A stretch of DNA of 35,639 bases, from contig DATGZZ010000074.1 of NCBI GenBank assembly GCA_035296945.1, positions 1-35,639 on the forward strand. The letters run 5' to 3'. Position 1 is the first letter of the stretch. Every line of letters starts with the position of its first letter. Below the pieces are notes generated by a model. The model made no database searches, was not told the DNA's origin, and was given only the letters and a program-made list of their open reading frames with translations. Below are positions 26,532 through 35,106 of this stretch, piece after piece. This DNA comes from Reyranella sp. (GTDB taxonomy: Bacteria; Pseudomonadota; Alphaproteobacteria; Reyranellales; Reyranellaceae). The position numbers and the translations under genes were made by a program.

Positions 26532-27007
26532 CCGGCATGGCGAACCAGGCCTACGACGCCATCCGCGCGCTGGAGTACCGCTACGCCCGCCTGCTCGACG
26601 AGGACAGGCTCGAGGAGTGGCCCAAGCTGTTCGTCGAACGCGGCGTATACAAGGTCATTCCGCGCGAGAACCTCGACCGTCAGCCGGCGCTTGCCATCTT
26701 CTTCTGCGACAGCCAGGCGATGATGGTGGACCGCGTGAAAAGCCTGCGCGAGGCCAACGTCTACAATTTCCACTACTCGCGGCACGTCGTGTCGAACATC
26801 GAGATTCTGTCGGCGCGCGACGGCATCTTCGAGGTGGCGGCCTGCTACACGGTCTACCAGACCGATCTCGAAGGCCAGACGCGCCTGTTCAGCGTCGGCC
26901 AGTATCGCGATGTCATCACCAATGGCGCGGGCGAGCTCAGGTTCCGCGAGAAGATCGCCGTCTGCGATACTTTCAACATCCCCAACCTGTTGGCGATTCC
27001 CCTGTGA
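26528..27007 (+). CDS. Aromatic ring-hydroxylating oxygenase beta subunit
   Basis: YARLLDEDRLEEWP..F....YKVIPREN, DRVKSLR, RHVVSN, C-terminal LLAIPL. ATGA overlap with the alpha subunit. Confidence 0.92.
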   Translation: MTGMANQAYDAIRALEYRYARLLDEDRLEEWPKLFVERGVYKVIPRENLDRQPALAIFFCDSQAMMVDRVKSLREANVYNFHYSRHVVSNIEILSARDGIFEVAACYTVYQTDLEGQTRLFSVGQYRDVITNGAGELRFREKIAVCDTFNIPNLLAIPL

Positions 27008-27012
27008 AGCGC

Positions 27013-28032
27013 TCAGGCCTCAGCCAGCGTCTGCGAGGGCGATTCGCGAAAGCGCATCCTGTAGTCGCGCGAGAACTGGCTGAGGTTGCTGTAGCCTGCG
27101 GCGGTAGCGGCCTCGGTCACGCTGGTATTGCCCTGCCGGCGTCCGAGAGCCAGGGCGGCGCGCGCCATGTCGAGGCGAACGGCCTTGAGGTAGCCCATCG
27201 GCGTGGTCGAGCGGAAACGCCGGAAGCCATGATAGATCGAGCGGGCGCTGACGCCACCCACCGTCACCAGGTCGTCGGCGGTGATCGGCTCGCGCGCATG
27301 CTCGTGGATGAAGCTCTCGACGCGCCGCACGTAGTACGGCGCGGCCGTCGAGGGCGTTTCTTCGGCGAAGGCCCATTTGTAGTTGTTGGGCACGGCGTTC
27401 AGCAGCAGCAGCACGAGCGCGCGCTCGGCCAGCCGGCCGAGATGGCCGTCGAAGCAGGGCTGCGGGTCGTTGAGGTCACGGCAGATCGTGACCAGGTAGT
27501 TCGACAGCGTCGCCACGCGGGCGAGGTCGATCACCTGCATGACGCCGAAGTTCAGCGGATCGCCGATGCCGATCCCGGTCTCGCTGGCGACGATGCGTTC
27601 CATGCGGCTGCGGCTCAGCCGCACGAGCAGCTGCTGTGTCGTTCCATACCAGCGCTTGTGCGAACGTCCCATGCCCTCGAGTACAGCCATCTGCGCCGGC
27701 GCCACGTCGGCCTTCGCCGCACCCTGCTGCAGCTGGGCATTGCCGCGCATGAGAATGTGCAGGAGGACGAGATCGGGGTCGTCCATCATCTCGATGTCGT
27801 AGCCCGAAACGCTGTCGACCTTGACCAAGCTGAACAGCGTCTCGCCCAGCTGCGCCGATCGCACGTCGTACTGCCGGAACTCGCGGACGCTGGGCAGCGA
27901 GAAGTCGAAGAGGCCCCGCGTGGTGCGTTCGACGAATCTTCTGGCAACATGATAGTCGCCCGTCGAGAAATGCCGGCCACCCGACAACAGGGGCTGGTCG
28001 AAGGCGAAGCTCCCATCCGTCGATGCTGTCAT
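27013..28032 (-). CDS. AraC family transcriptional regulator (AndR-like architecture)
   Basis: PYYVRRVESFI, VSARSIYHGFRRFR.TTPM.YLK.VRL, SVTEAA...GY.NLSQFSRDYR.RF.ESPSQTL. GGAGG SD before the ATG at 28032. Confidence 0.93.
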   Translation of the reverse strand: MTASTDGSFAFDQPLLSGGRHFSTGDYHVARRFVERTTRGLFDFSLPSVREFRQYDVRSAQLGETLFSLVKVDSVSGYDIEMMDDPDLVLLHILMRGNAQLQQGAAKADVAPAQMAVLEGMGRSHKRWYGTTQQLLVRLSRSRMERIVASETGIGIGDPLNFGVMQVIDLARVATLSNYLVTICRDLNDPQPCFDGHLGRLAERALVLLLLNAVPNNYKWAFAEETPSTAAPYYVRRVESFIHEHAREPITADDLVTVGGVSARSIYHGFRRFRSTTPMGYLKAVRLDMARAALALGRRQGNTSVTEAATAAGYSNLSQFSRDYRMRFRESPSQTLAEA

Positions 28033-28109
28033 GGTTCCTCCCAAGCGCACCGTTTTCGATTCCTGAGCGCCGACACTACCACACCGCGCTGCCCGCCGAG
28101 GAGAATTGC

Positions 28110-29309
28110 ATGAAGGTCTTTGTCTTCGACCTGTTGGCCTACGGCGAGAACCTCGAGCACGTGAAGGTCGGCCCGGAGCTGCCCTATCCGCTCAGCCGGG
28201 AGTTCTTCAAGGCTGACGTCGCCGTGCGCACCTATGCCGAGCATCTTGCGGCGTGGGAGGAGATGGACAGGCTGGGCTACGACGGCGTGGGCTTCAACGA
28301 GCATCATTGCTCGCCCTACGGCCTCATGAACTCGCCCAACCTGATGGCCGCGGCGGCGGCGCAGCGTACCAGCCGGCTGAAGCTCCTGATCTACGGCAAC
28401 CTGCTGCCGCTGCACGAGCCGCTGCGGCTCGCCGAAGAGCTCGCGATGATCGACTGCCTGTCGAACGGGCGGCTGATCTCGGGTTTTGCCCGCGGCATTC
28501 CGCGTGAGTACCAGGTGCACAACGTGCCGCTGGCCGAGAGCCGCGCGCGGTTCGAGGAGGCCTACGAGATCGTCACCCGCGCCTGGACCGAGGACGTGTT
28601 CTCCTATTCGGGCAAGTTCTGGTCGTACAAGGACGTGGCGATCTGGCCGCGGCCCGTGCAACGGCCCCATCCGGAGATCTGGATCCCGATCGTCGGCAGC
28701 AAGGAATCCATCGAATTCGCCGGCCGCCACAACATTCCGATCACGCCGGGGCTGGGCGGCGGCGGCCTGCGCGACGACATCATCCGCTACTATGCCAAGT
28801 GCCTCGCCGCCGCGGGCCACCGGCTGACGCCCAACCACCTGTCGCTCGGTGTCCATGCCTACGTCGCCGATTCCAAGGCGCAGGCGGTGAAGGAGATGGG
28901 GCCGTACCACCTCTACTTCAACCGCACGCTGTTCAGCCACGGCAACTTCACCGAGACGGCGTTGCAGCGCCAGGCCGGCTACTCGACGGCGCAATCGACC
29001 GACTACGTGCGGCCGGAGAACCAGCGCGCCGCCGCCCTGCTGCGCGAGGATTTCCGCAACACGACCATGGCCGACGTCGAGCGCCTGGCCGAGGGCTGGC
29101 CGTGGGGAACGGCCGACGAGGTGGCCCGGCGCATCATCGCGCAGGCCGATGCGGCCGGCGCCAACATGGTGCAGATCAGCCTCAATCGCGGCGCCATGCC
29201 TCACGAGATGTTCATCGAGCAGATCCGCCGCTTTGCCCGCGAGGTGCTGCCGATGCTCCAGGCCCATCGCGTCGAGCGCGTGCCGGCCGTCGAGGAGATG
29301 GCGGCTTGA
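28110..29309 (+). CDS. Luciferase-like (LLM) flavin-dependent monooxygenase
   Basis: GYDGVGFNEHH, SPNLMAAAAAQRT, PLRLAEELAMID.LS.GRL, WPRPVQRPHP. GAGGAG SD before the ATG at 28110. Confidence 0.93.
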   Translation: MKVFVFDLLAYGENLEHVKVGPELPYPLSREFFKADVAVRTYAEHLAAWEEMDRLGYDGVGFNEHHCSPYGLMNSPNLMAAAAAQRTSRLKLLIYGNLLPLHEPLRLAEELAMIDCLSNGRLISGFARGIPREYQVHNVPLAESRARFEEAYEIVTRAWTEDVFSYSGKFWSYKDVAIWPRPVQRPHPEIWIPIVGSKESIEFAGRHNIPITPGLGGGGLRDDIIRYYAKCLAAAGHRLTPNHLSLGVHAYVADSKAQAVKEMGPYHLYFNRTLFSHGNFTETALQRQAGYSTAQSTDYVRPENQRAAALLREDFRNTTMADVERLAEGWPWGTADEVARRIIAQADAAGANMVQISLNRGAMPHEMFIEQIRRFAREVLPMLQAHRVERVPAVEEMAA

Positions 29310-29316
29310 AGGGACG

Positions 29317-30471
29317 TCAGACCGGCACGGCGAGCGGATCGTAGTCGTACAGGCCGCGATCGAGCGCGGTCCGGCGCGGGCGCGCCGGATCCTGCAGCGC
29401 CATTCCTTCTTCGCGTGACCAGAGCTGCACGTTGGTGCCGCGCGTCTTGCGCGCCGTCTCGTAGCGATTCAAGGCTTCATCGACCGTCGACGCGGCAGCG
29501 AAGGCGCGGCCCAGCAGCAGCGCATCCTCCAGCGCCATGCACGCACCCTGGCCCAGGAATGGCGTCATGGGATGGGCGGCGTCGCCCAGCATGGTGACGC
29601 GCCCCAGCGTCCACGCCTTCAAGGGTTCGCGATCGCGCAGTCCCCACTTGAATAACCCTCCCGGCGGGATGCTGCGAATCAGCGCCAGCAGATCCGGTGC
29701 GAAGTCCGAATAATGTTCCTCGAACTCCTCGTTGGTCGCCGGAATCGCCCAGCCCTCCTCCTGCCAGGAGGCCGTCTGCCCGCAGCCGATGAGGTTCATG
29801 ATCCGCCCGCGCCGCAGGGGATAGTGCAGCAGGTAGCGCCGTGGGGCGGGATGCATCGCGAGCTGGCGCTGGCGGATCACGTCCGGCACCAGCTCGTCGG
29901 GGATGAGGGCGCGGAACGCGACTTGGCCGTTGAAGCGCGGCGCCTCGCCAGGAAACAGCAGGGAGCGCACGGCCGACGTGTTGCCGTCGGCGCCGATCAC
30001 GACGTCCGCCCGACGGCGGGCGCCGTTGGCGAAGCTGACGGACACGCCCGTCACGTCCTGATCGAGGCCGACGAACTCGTGGCCGGGCCACAATGCCGCC
30101 GGATCGTTGGCGCGTACCGCCTCCATCAGCAGCGCGTGCAGGTCGGCGCGATGGACCTGCAGAACTCCCATGCCCTGCCGTTCGATGATCTGCTCGTTGC
30201 GGTTCGTCCGGACGATCTCGCCCGTCCTGTAGTCACAGGTATGGAGGACCGACACCGAGCAGGACCGGGCCTCGAGGGCGGCGTCGACGCCGAGATCGCG
30301 CAGGACGCGGCGCGCATTCGGTGCGATGACCACCCCTGCCCCTATCTCGCGAATCTCCGGTGCGCGTTCGTAGACGGCGACCTTGAAGCCGCGACGCTGA
30401 AGCGCCAGGGCAGCGGCCAGACCGCCGATTCCGGCGCCGATGACGATGATCTGTCTTGCGTGTGCGGCCAT
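29317..30471 (-). CDS. FAD-dependent monooxygenase (group A, salicylate-hydroxylase-like)
   Basis: IGAGIGG, HRADL, IGADG, GDAAHPMTPFLGQGACMALEDA. Start at 30471 (ATG) or 30495 (GTG). Confidence 0.92.
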   Translation of the reverse strand: MAAHARQIIVIGAGIGGLAAALALQRRGFKVAVYERAPEIREIGAGVVIAPNARRVLRDLGVDAALEARSCSVSVLHTCDYRTGEIVRTNRNEQIIERQGMGVLQVHRADLHALLMEAVRANDPAALWPGHEFVGLDQDVTGVSVSFANGARRRADVVIGADGNTSAVRSLLFPGEAPRFNGQVAFRALIPDELVPDVIRQRQLAMHPAPRRYLLHYPLRRGRIMNLIGCGQTASWQEEGWAIPATNEEFEEHYSDFAPDLLALIRSIPPGGLFKWGLRDREPLKAWTLGRVTMLGDAAHPMTPFLGQGACMALEDALLLGRAFAAASTVDEALNRYETARKTRGTNVQLWSREEGMALQDPARPRRTALDRGLYDYDPLAVPV

Positions 30472-30641
30472 GCGTGCAACGTCTGGTCTGTTCACTCAGA
30501 AGAGCACGGGGTCGAACCGGGCGCTTTGCAGAGAGCGCAGCAATTCCTTCAAGAGTGCAGGATCGTGGCCGAAGTTCACTGTACCGCGGTCGACGAGGCA
30601 CCAGCCAGAACGGCGCGAAGCCGATGCCGGCACCCCAACGA

Positions 30642-31112
30642 TCAGCCTGGCTCCGAACGACGTTCGAAGAATTCGACCGCGGTGACGTCGCCGTTCTCTT
30701 CTGGCGGAATGACTTTCACCATGAAGCGCCGCTCGGGACAGAATACCGCCAGCGCGCCACGCCATGCCTCGGCAATCTGCTCCGCGAGCAGACGCTCCTC
30801 GTCATCGTCGAGGTCTCTGTCGATGAACAGGAAGGGGATCTCCACCCTGTTGATGGAGGCTTCGAGACGCTCCAAGGGCATGCCGCTTGCCCTCTTGGCT
30901 TCCAGGAAGTGCCGCTCTGCGTCGTCGACCCCATGCGTCAGCAACACGCTGTCGTCGACGATGAAAAGCGTCGGAACGAACAGCAGCGAATACAGAAGCG
31001 CTTCCGGAGCCTTTCCGGTTTCGTGCAGCATATCCATCTCGTCGTGCGGCACGTGCCCTTCGCTGCGAAACCTCTTTCGCAGCGTCGTCAGGATCGCTTC
31101 CGTTGAAGCCAT
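30642..31112 (-). CDS. Hypothetical acidic protein
   Basis: 156-aa ORF filling the gap between co-oriented genes, with a GGAG SD. No motif recognised with confidence. Confidence 0.65.
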   Translation of the reverse strand: MASTEAILTTLRKRFRSEGHVPHDEMDMLHETGKAPEALLYSLLFVPTLFIVDDSVLLTHGVDDAERHFLEAKRASGMPLERLEASINRVEIPFLFIDRDLDDDEERLLAEQIAEAWRGALAVFCPERRFMVKVIPPEENGDVTAVEFFERRSEPG

Positions 31113-31160
31113 GGCTCTGTGCTCCCATTGGAGCGACGAAGTGTGGCGGCAGGCCGAACT

Positions 31161-32117
31161 CTACTCTGCCGCCTGCCGGCGCCGCGTCACCGCCTCGAAC
31201 CGCCGCTGGCGCATGGCCATGCGCGGATCGTCCATCTCCGGCGTCATCGGCTCGGCCACCCAGGCATCGCGGCCAGGCACGTAATTGCGGTTGGTCTGGG
31301 CCGGATTGCGGTTGACCAGCGGCCGCGCATAGAGCGGGTGGGTCATGCAGCGCACCTCGTGCTCGATCTGGAACAGGTGCTTGCCGGTCTCGAGATCGGT
31401 GATCTGCTCGAAGCGGTACTGGTACTGGTTGCTCTCCTCGGTGATGAGCTGGCGCTCGAGCAGCCGCTTGTGCGGCCGCGAGAAATTCGCGACGTAGACC
31501 TGGATGTGATGGCCGTCATAGGCCGCGAGCTTCGACTTGGTCTCGCGGAACACCAGTTCCTGCGAGGGGCCGACTGAAACCCGCGCCGCCGGCATGTCGC
31601 CCGTCTCGTCGACGCTGGCCGGCGTCTCGAAGACCTTGCGATAGAAATCGGCGATGGCCTTGGCTGAGCCCGCCGGCACGTCGAACTCGACGTAGGGCAT
31701 GCCGAGCTGCATGCGGCCGAAGCTGCCGGCTTCGTGGATCAGGAGCTTGTTGCCCCACGGACACGTGGTCTCGACATGGTCGTCGCGCTCCTTGAAGGCA
31801 AAGCGCGTGCCCTCGAGCGGCTTCTTCATCTTCTCGAGGCGCTGCAGCAGCGCTTCGCGATCCGGAATGACCAGGCCGGTGCGGCCGCGCAGATGCTGCG
31901 GCTTGCCGGTGATCAGGTGGAACTGGCTGTGGCCGACATTGACCCACATGTTGTCGATGCTGGTCATCAGGTAGGGATCGCGCGTCAATCCCAGGCCGCT
32001 GATGTAGAACAGCGTGGTCAGGCCCTGGTCCTCGACCTGCAGGTTGACGTGTTCCAGACCGACGATATTGCCGAGGTCCTCGGCGCTGCGGTCGTACTGC
32101 TTGCCGTCCTTTGGCAT
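31161..32117 (-). CDS. VOC/glyoxalase-like two-domain hypothetical protein
   Basis: LEHVNL.V.D.....FY...LGL..D, QFHL, CPWGN, and a second repeat A.FY..VF...HHIQVYV...EHEVR. GGAGG SD before the ATG at 32117. Confidence 0.8.
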   Translation of the reverse strand: MPKDGKQYDRSAEDLGNIVGLEHVNLQVEDQGLTTLFYISGLGLTRDPYLMTSIDNMWVNVGHSQFHLITGKPQHLRGRTGLVIPDREALLQRLEKMKKPLEGTRFAFKERDDHVETTCPWGNKLLIHEAGSFGRMQLGMPYVEFDVPAGSAKAIADFYRKVFETPASVDETGDMPAARVSVGPSQELVFRETKSKLAAYDGHHIQVYVANFSRPHKRLLERQLITEESNQYQYRFEQITDLETGKHLFQIEHEVRCMTHPLYARPLVNRNPAQTNRNYVPGRDAWVAEPMTPEMDDPRMAMRQRRFEAVTRRRQAAE

Positions 32118-32223
32118 GGCTTCGCCTCCATCAGGGGAAGGGGAGCTTTGCACGATTCTTCATTGGCAGCCCCTGCAAAAAATGCGGAACTACCTGCAAA
32201 TAAGGCCCGGGAGGGAACAGGCC

Positions 32224-33408
32224 ATGATCACCAAATTCGACAGTTCCTATGTCGGCTCGGTCGACCTGGAAGATGCCGGCTACCTCGGCAAGCCGATCAA
32301 CGACCGCTGGTATTCCAACGAGGAGCTGGCCGACGTCATGCACAAGACGGTGGCCTATGCCAAGCATATGGACCGGCTGGGCTACAACACCTTCTGGATG
32401 GCCGAGCACCATTTCCAGCCGGAAGGGACGGAGTGCATCCCCAACCTGCTGATGATGGCGACGCACCTTTGCGGCGTGACCAAAAACCTCAACATCGGTT
32501 GCGGCTTCAACATCGTGCCGATGTGGCATCCGCTGCGGCTCGCTGAAGACTACGCCATGGCCGACATCCTGACCGGCGGCCGCGTCATCTTCGGCATCGG
32601 CCGCGGCTACCACACCCGCGAGGTCGAGACCTTCGGCTCGCCGCTGATCGACCAGGACGCCAACCGCGAGCTGTTCGAGGAAGGCGTCGACGTCATCTTC
32701 AAGTCCTTCAACGAGGAGCGCTTCAGCCACAAGGGCAAATACTTCACCCTGCCGCCCGAGGTGCCCTATCGCGGCTACACGCTGAAGGAACTGACGCTGG
32801 TGCCGCGGCCCCTGCGCCGGCCGGTCGAATGCTGGCAGCCCATCCAGAGCGGCTCGCAGCGCGCCTTCGACTTCATGGCCAAGTACGGCATCTCGGGCGT
32901 GATCGGTGGCGGCTCGGCCGAGGGCGGCGCCGTCGACCGCCACATGACCGAATTCCGCGCCGCCTATCAGCGCCGCGGGATCGAACTCAAGCCGGGCGAG
33001 CGCCTGGCGCTGGGCTACCAGTTATGCATCGCCGAAAGCCGCGAGGCGGCCATCGCCAAGGCCGCCAACTTCTACGAAGAGAACATGAAGATGTTCGGCG
33101 AGCTCAGGCTGGTGCGCGCCATCACCGAGGAGCAGATCGCCGCCATGCGCGATCCCAGCTTGGTGCCCAACACGAAACTGCCGCGCATCGAAGATGCGGT
33201 GAAGGCGGGCGGCTTTTTAGCCGGCACACCGGCCGACATCGTCGAGGAGCTGAAAAAGGTCGAGCAGCGCTATCCCGGCCTCGAGCGGGTCATCTGCACC
33301 ATGCCGCTCGGCACACATCTGGCCGACACGCTCGAGCAGCTCGACCGCTTCGCCAAGGAAGTGATGCCGGCGTTCCGGCCCGCGCGGGCCGCCGCGGCGG
33401 CAGATTGA
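32224..33408 (+). CDS. Luciferase-like (LLM) flavin-dependent monooxygenase
   Basis: GYNTFWMAEHHFQPEG.E.IPN, MWHPLRLAEDYAMADILTGGRVIFGIGRGYH. Start at the ATG at 32224 after a GGAGG SD. Confidence 0.93.
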   Translation: MITKFDSSYVGSVDLEDAGYLGKPINDRWYSNEELADVMHKTVAYAKHMDRLGYNTFWMAEHHFQPEGTECIPNLLMMATHLCGVTKNLNIGCGFNIVPMWHPLRLAEDYAMADILTGGRVIFGIGRGYHTREVETFGSPLIDQDANRELFEEGVDVIFKSFNEERFSHKGKYFTLPPEVPYRGYTLKELTLVPRPLRRPVECWQPIQSGSQRAFDFMAKYGISGVIGGGSAEGGAVDRHMTEFRAAYQRRGIELKPGERLALGYQLCIAESREAAIAKAANFYEENMKMFGELRLVRAITEEQIAAMRDPSLVPNTKLPRIEDAVKAGGFLAGTPADIVEELKKVEQRYPGLERVICTMPLGTHLADTLEQLDRFAKEVMPAFRPARAAAAAD

Positions 33409-33421
33409 AAAGGAGAGACTG

Positions 33422-34042
33422 ATGATCTTTGAAATGCGCACCTATCTCATGAAGCCGGGCAGCATCCCCAAGGTCGAGGAGCTGTGGGGCGCCGCCCTGC
33501 CGGCGCGCACCAAGCTGTCGCGCTTCGGCGGCTTTTGGCGCACCGAGGTCGGCACCCTCAACCAAATCATCCATGTCTGGCCCTACAAGGACCTCAACGA
33601 GCGCGACCATATCCGCGCCGAAGCGATCAGGACCGGCGTATGGCCGCCCAAGACCTCCGAGCACATCATCGAGATGGAGAGCAAGATCCTCCATCCCGCA
33701 CCGTTCTCGCCGCACTTCGAGCCGGGCGAGCATGGCGGCATCTACGAGTTCCGCACCTACACCTACGGCCCCGGCGCCATCCCCAAGGTGATCGAGGCGT
33801 GGTCGCCCCTGATCAAGGCGCGGTCCGCCATCTCGCCGCTGATCTTCGCGGGCTTCACCGACATCGGCGCGCTCAACCAGTGGGTCCATGTCTGGGCCTA
33901 CAAGAACATGGCCGACCGCGAGACACGCCGCGCCCAGGCGATGAAGCCGGGCGTCTGGCCGCCGCCGCGGCACGAGAGCGTGACCTTGCTCAAGCAGGAG
34001 AACAAGTTCGCCGTGCCGGCGGGCTGGTCGCCGCTGCGTTAG
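33422..34042 (+). CDS. NIPSNAP family protein (two repeats)
   Basis: Repeated IFEMRTY / IYEFRTY, TEVGTLNQIIHVWPY / TDIGALNQWVHVWAY, WPP and FSP/WSPLR. AGGAG SD. Confidence 0.92.
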   Translation: MIFEMRTYLMKPGSIPKVEELWGAALPARTKLSRFGGFWRTEVGTLNQIIHVWPYKDLNERDHIRAEAIRTGVWPPKTSEHIIEMESKILHPAPFSPHFEPGEHGGIYEFRTYTYGPGAIPKVIEAWSPLIKARSAISPLIFAGFTDIGALNQWVHVWAYKNMADRETRRAQAMKPGVWPPPRHESVTLLKQENKFAVPAGWSPLR

Positions 34043-34064
34043 CGAGGCCGGCTCATCGTCATGC

Positions 34065-34159
34065 TCCTCTCCCCCGCTAGGGGGAGAGGCTGGGTGAGGG
34101 GGTTACAGACTGCCTTCGAAGCCCCCTCACCTAACCTCTCCCCCTAGCGGGGGAGAGGA
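34065..34159. repeat. REP-like composite palindromic element
   Basis: 38-bp arms at 34065-34102 and 34122-34159 pair at 36/38 positions. Each arm contains its own 10-bp hairpin CCTCTCCCCC-N4-GGGGGAGAGG. Confidence 0.88.
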
Positions 34160-34210
34160 ACAGGAAAGTGAGAAGGAAGAAGAAACGAAAGGCCAAAGAG
34201 GAGACGAGTC

Positions 34211-35095
34211 ATGACCATCTCCATCCGCCAGGTCGGGCCGTGCTTCGCGGGCGAGGTCGAGGGCGTCGACATGCGGCGCCCGCTCACCAAGGAAGAAGTC
34301 GCGGCGATCCATGCCGGCATGGACCAGTACGCCGTGCTGGTGTTCCGCGAACAGAAGATCGACGACGCCCAACAGCTCGCCTTCACGCGCAGCCTGGGCG
34401 AGATCGAACACGCGATCGGCACCAGCCTGCGCGCGGCCAGCGAAACCCGCCTGCCGACGACCTTCGCCGACGTCTCCAACCTCGACAAGAACAACACGCC
34501 GTATCCGCGCGACGACCGCCGCCGGCTGTTCGCCATCGGCAACCGGCTGTGGCACTCGGATTCCTCGTTCAAGGTGGTGCCGGCGAAGTACTCGCTGCTG
34601 CATGCCATCAGCATCCCGTCCAAGGGCGGCAACACCCAGTTCGCCGACATGCGCGCGGCCTACGATGCGCTCGACGACGAGACCAAGGCCGAGGTCGAGA
34701 ACATGGTGTGCGAGCATTCGCAGATGTTCTCGCGCCAGATCATCGGCTTTAGCGACTTCACCGACGAGGAGCGCGAGCGGTTCCGGCCGGTGCTCCAGTG
34801 CATGGTGCGCACCCATCCGGTGACAGGCCGCAAGTCTCTTTATCTGTCGTCACACGCCGGCGGCATCGTCGGCTGGCCGATGCCTGAGGCGCGCGGCTAC
34901 CTGCGCGACCTGATCGAGCACGCCACCCAGCGCGAGTTCGTCTACACCCACAAATGGCGGCTGGGCGACCTGGTGATGTGGGACAACCGCCAGACCATGC
35001 ACCGCGCGCGTCCCTTCCCGGCCAACGAGCCGCGCGACATGCGCCGCACGACGCTGGCCGGCGACGGGCCGACGGCCGTTCAGGCCGCGGCCTAA
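34211..35095 (+). CDS. TauD/TfdA family Fe(II)/2-oxoglutarate dioxygenase, TfdA-like
   Basis: GNRLWHSDSSFK (HxD), GGNTQFADMRAAYDAL, RTHPVTGRKSLY, GDLVMWDNRQTMHR. Confidence 0.93.
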   Translation: MTISIRQVGPCFAGEVEGVDMRRPLTKEEVAAIHAGMDQYAVLVFREQKIDDAQQLAFTRSLGEIEHAIGTSLRAASETRLPTTFADVSNLDKNNTPYPRDDRRRLFAIGNRLWHSDSSFKVVPAKYSLLHAISIPSKGGNTQFADMRAAYDALDDETKAEVENMVCEHSQMFSRQIIGFSDFTDEERERFRPVLQCMVRTHPVTGRKSLYLSSHAGGIVGWPMPEARGYLRDLIEHATQREFVYTHKWRLGDLVMWDNRQTMHRARPFPANEPRDMRRTTLAGDGPTAVQAAA

Positions 35096-35106
35096 AAAGC
35101 TTCAAT

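Noticed and set aside
30496-30641. Possible gene remnant between the FAD monooxygenase and the 156-aa ORF
   Set aside because: The open frame has no convincing start, SD or recognisable motif.
18610-34159. Palindromic repeats as CRISPR repeats, tRNAs or IS ends
   Set aside because: Each is a single isolated hairpin. There is no repeat-spacer periodicity, cloverleaf, cas gene or transposase.
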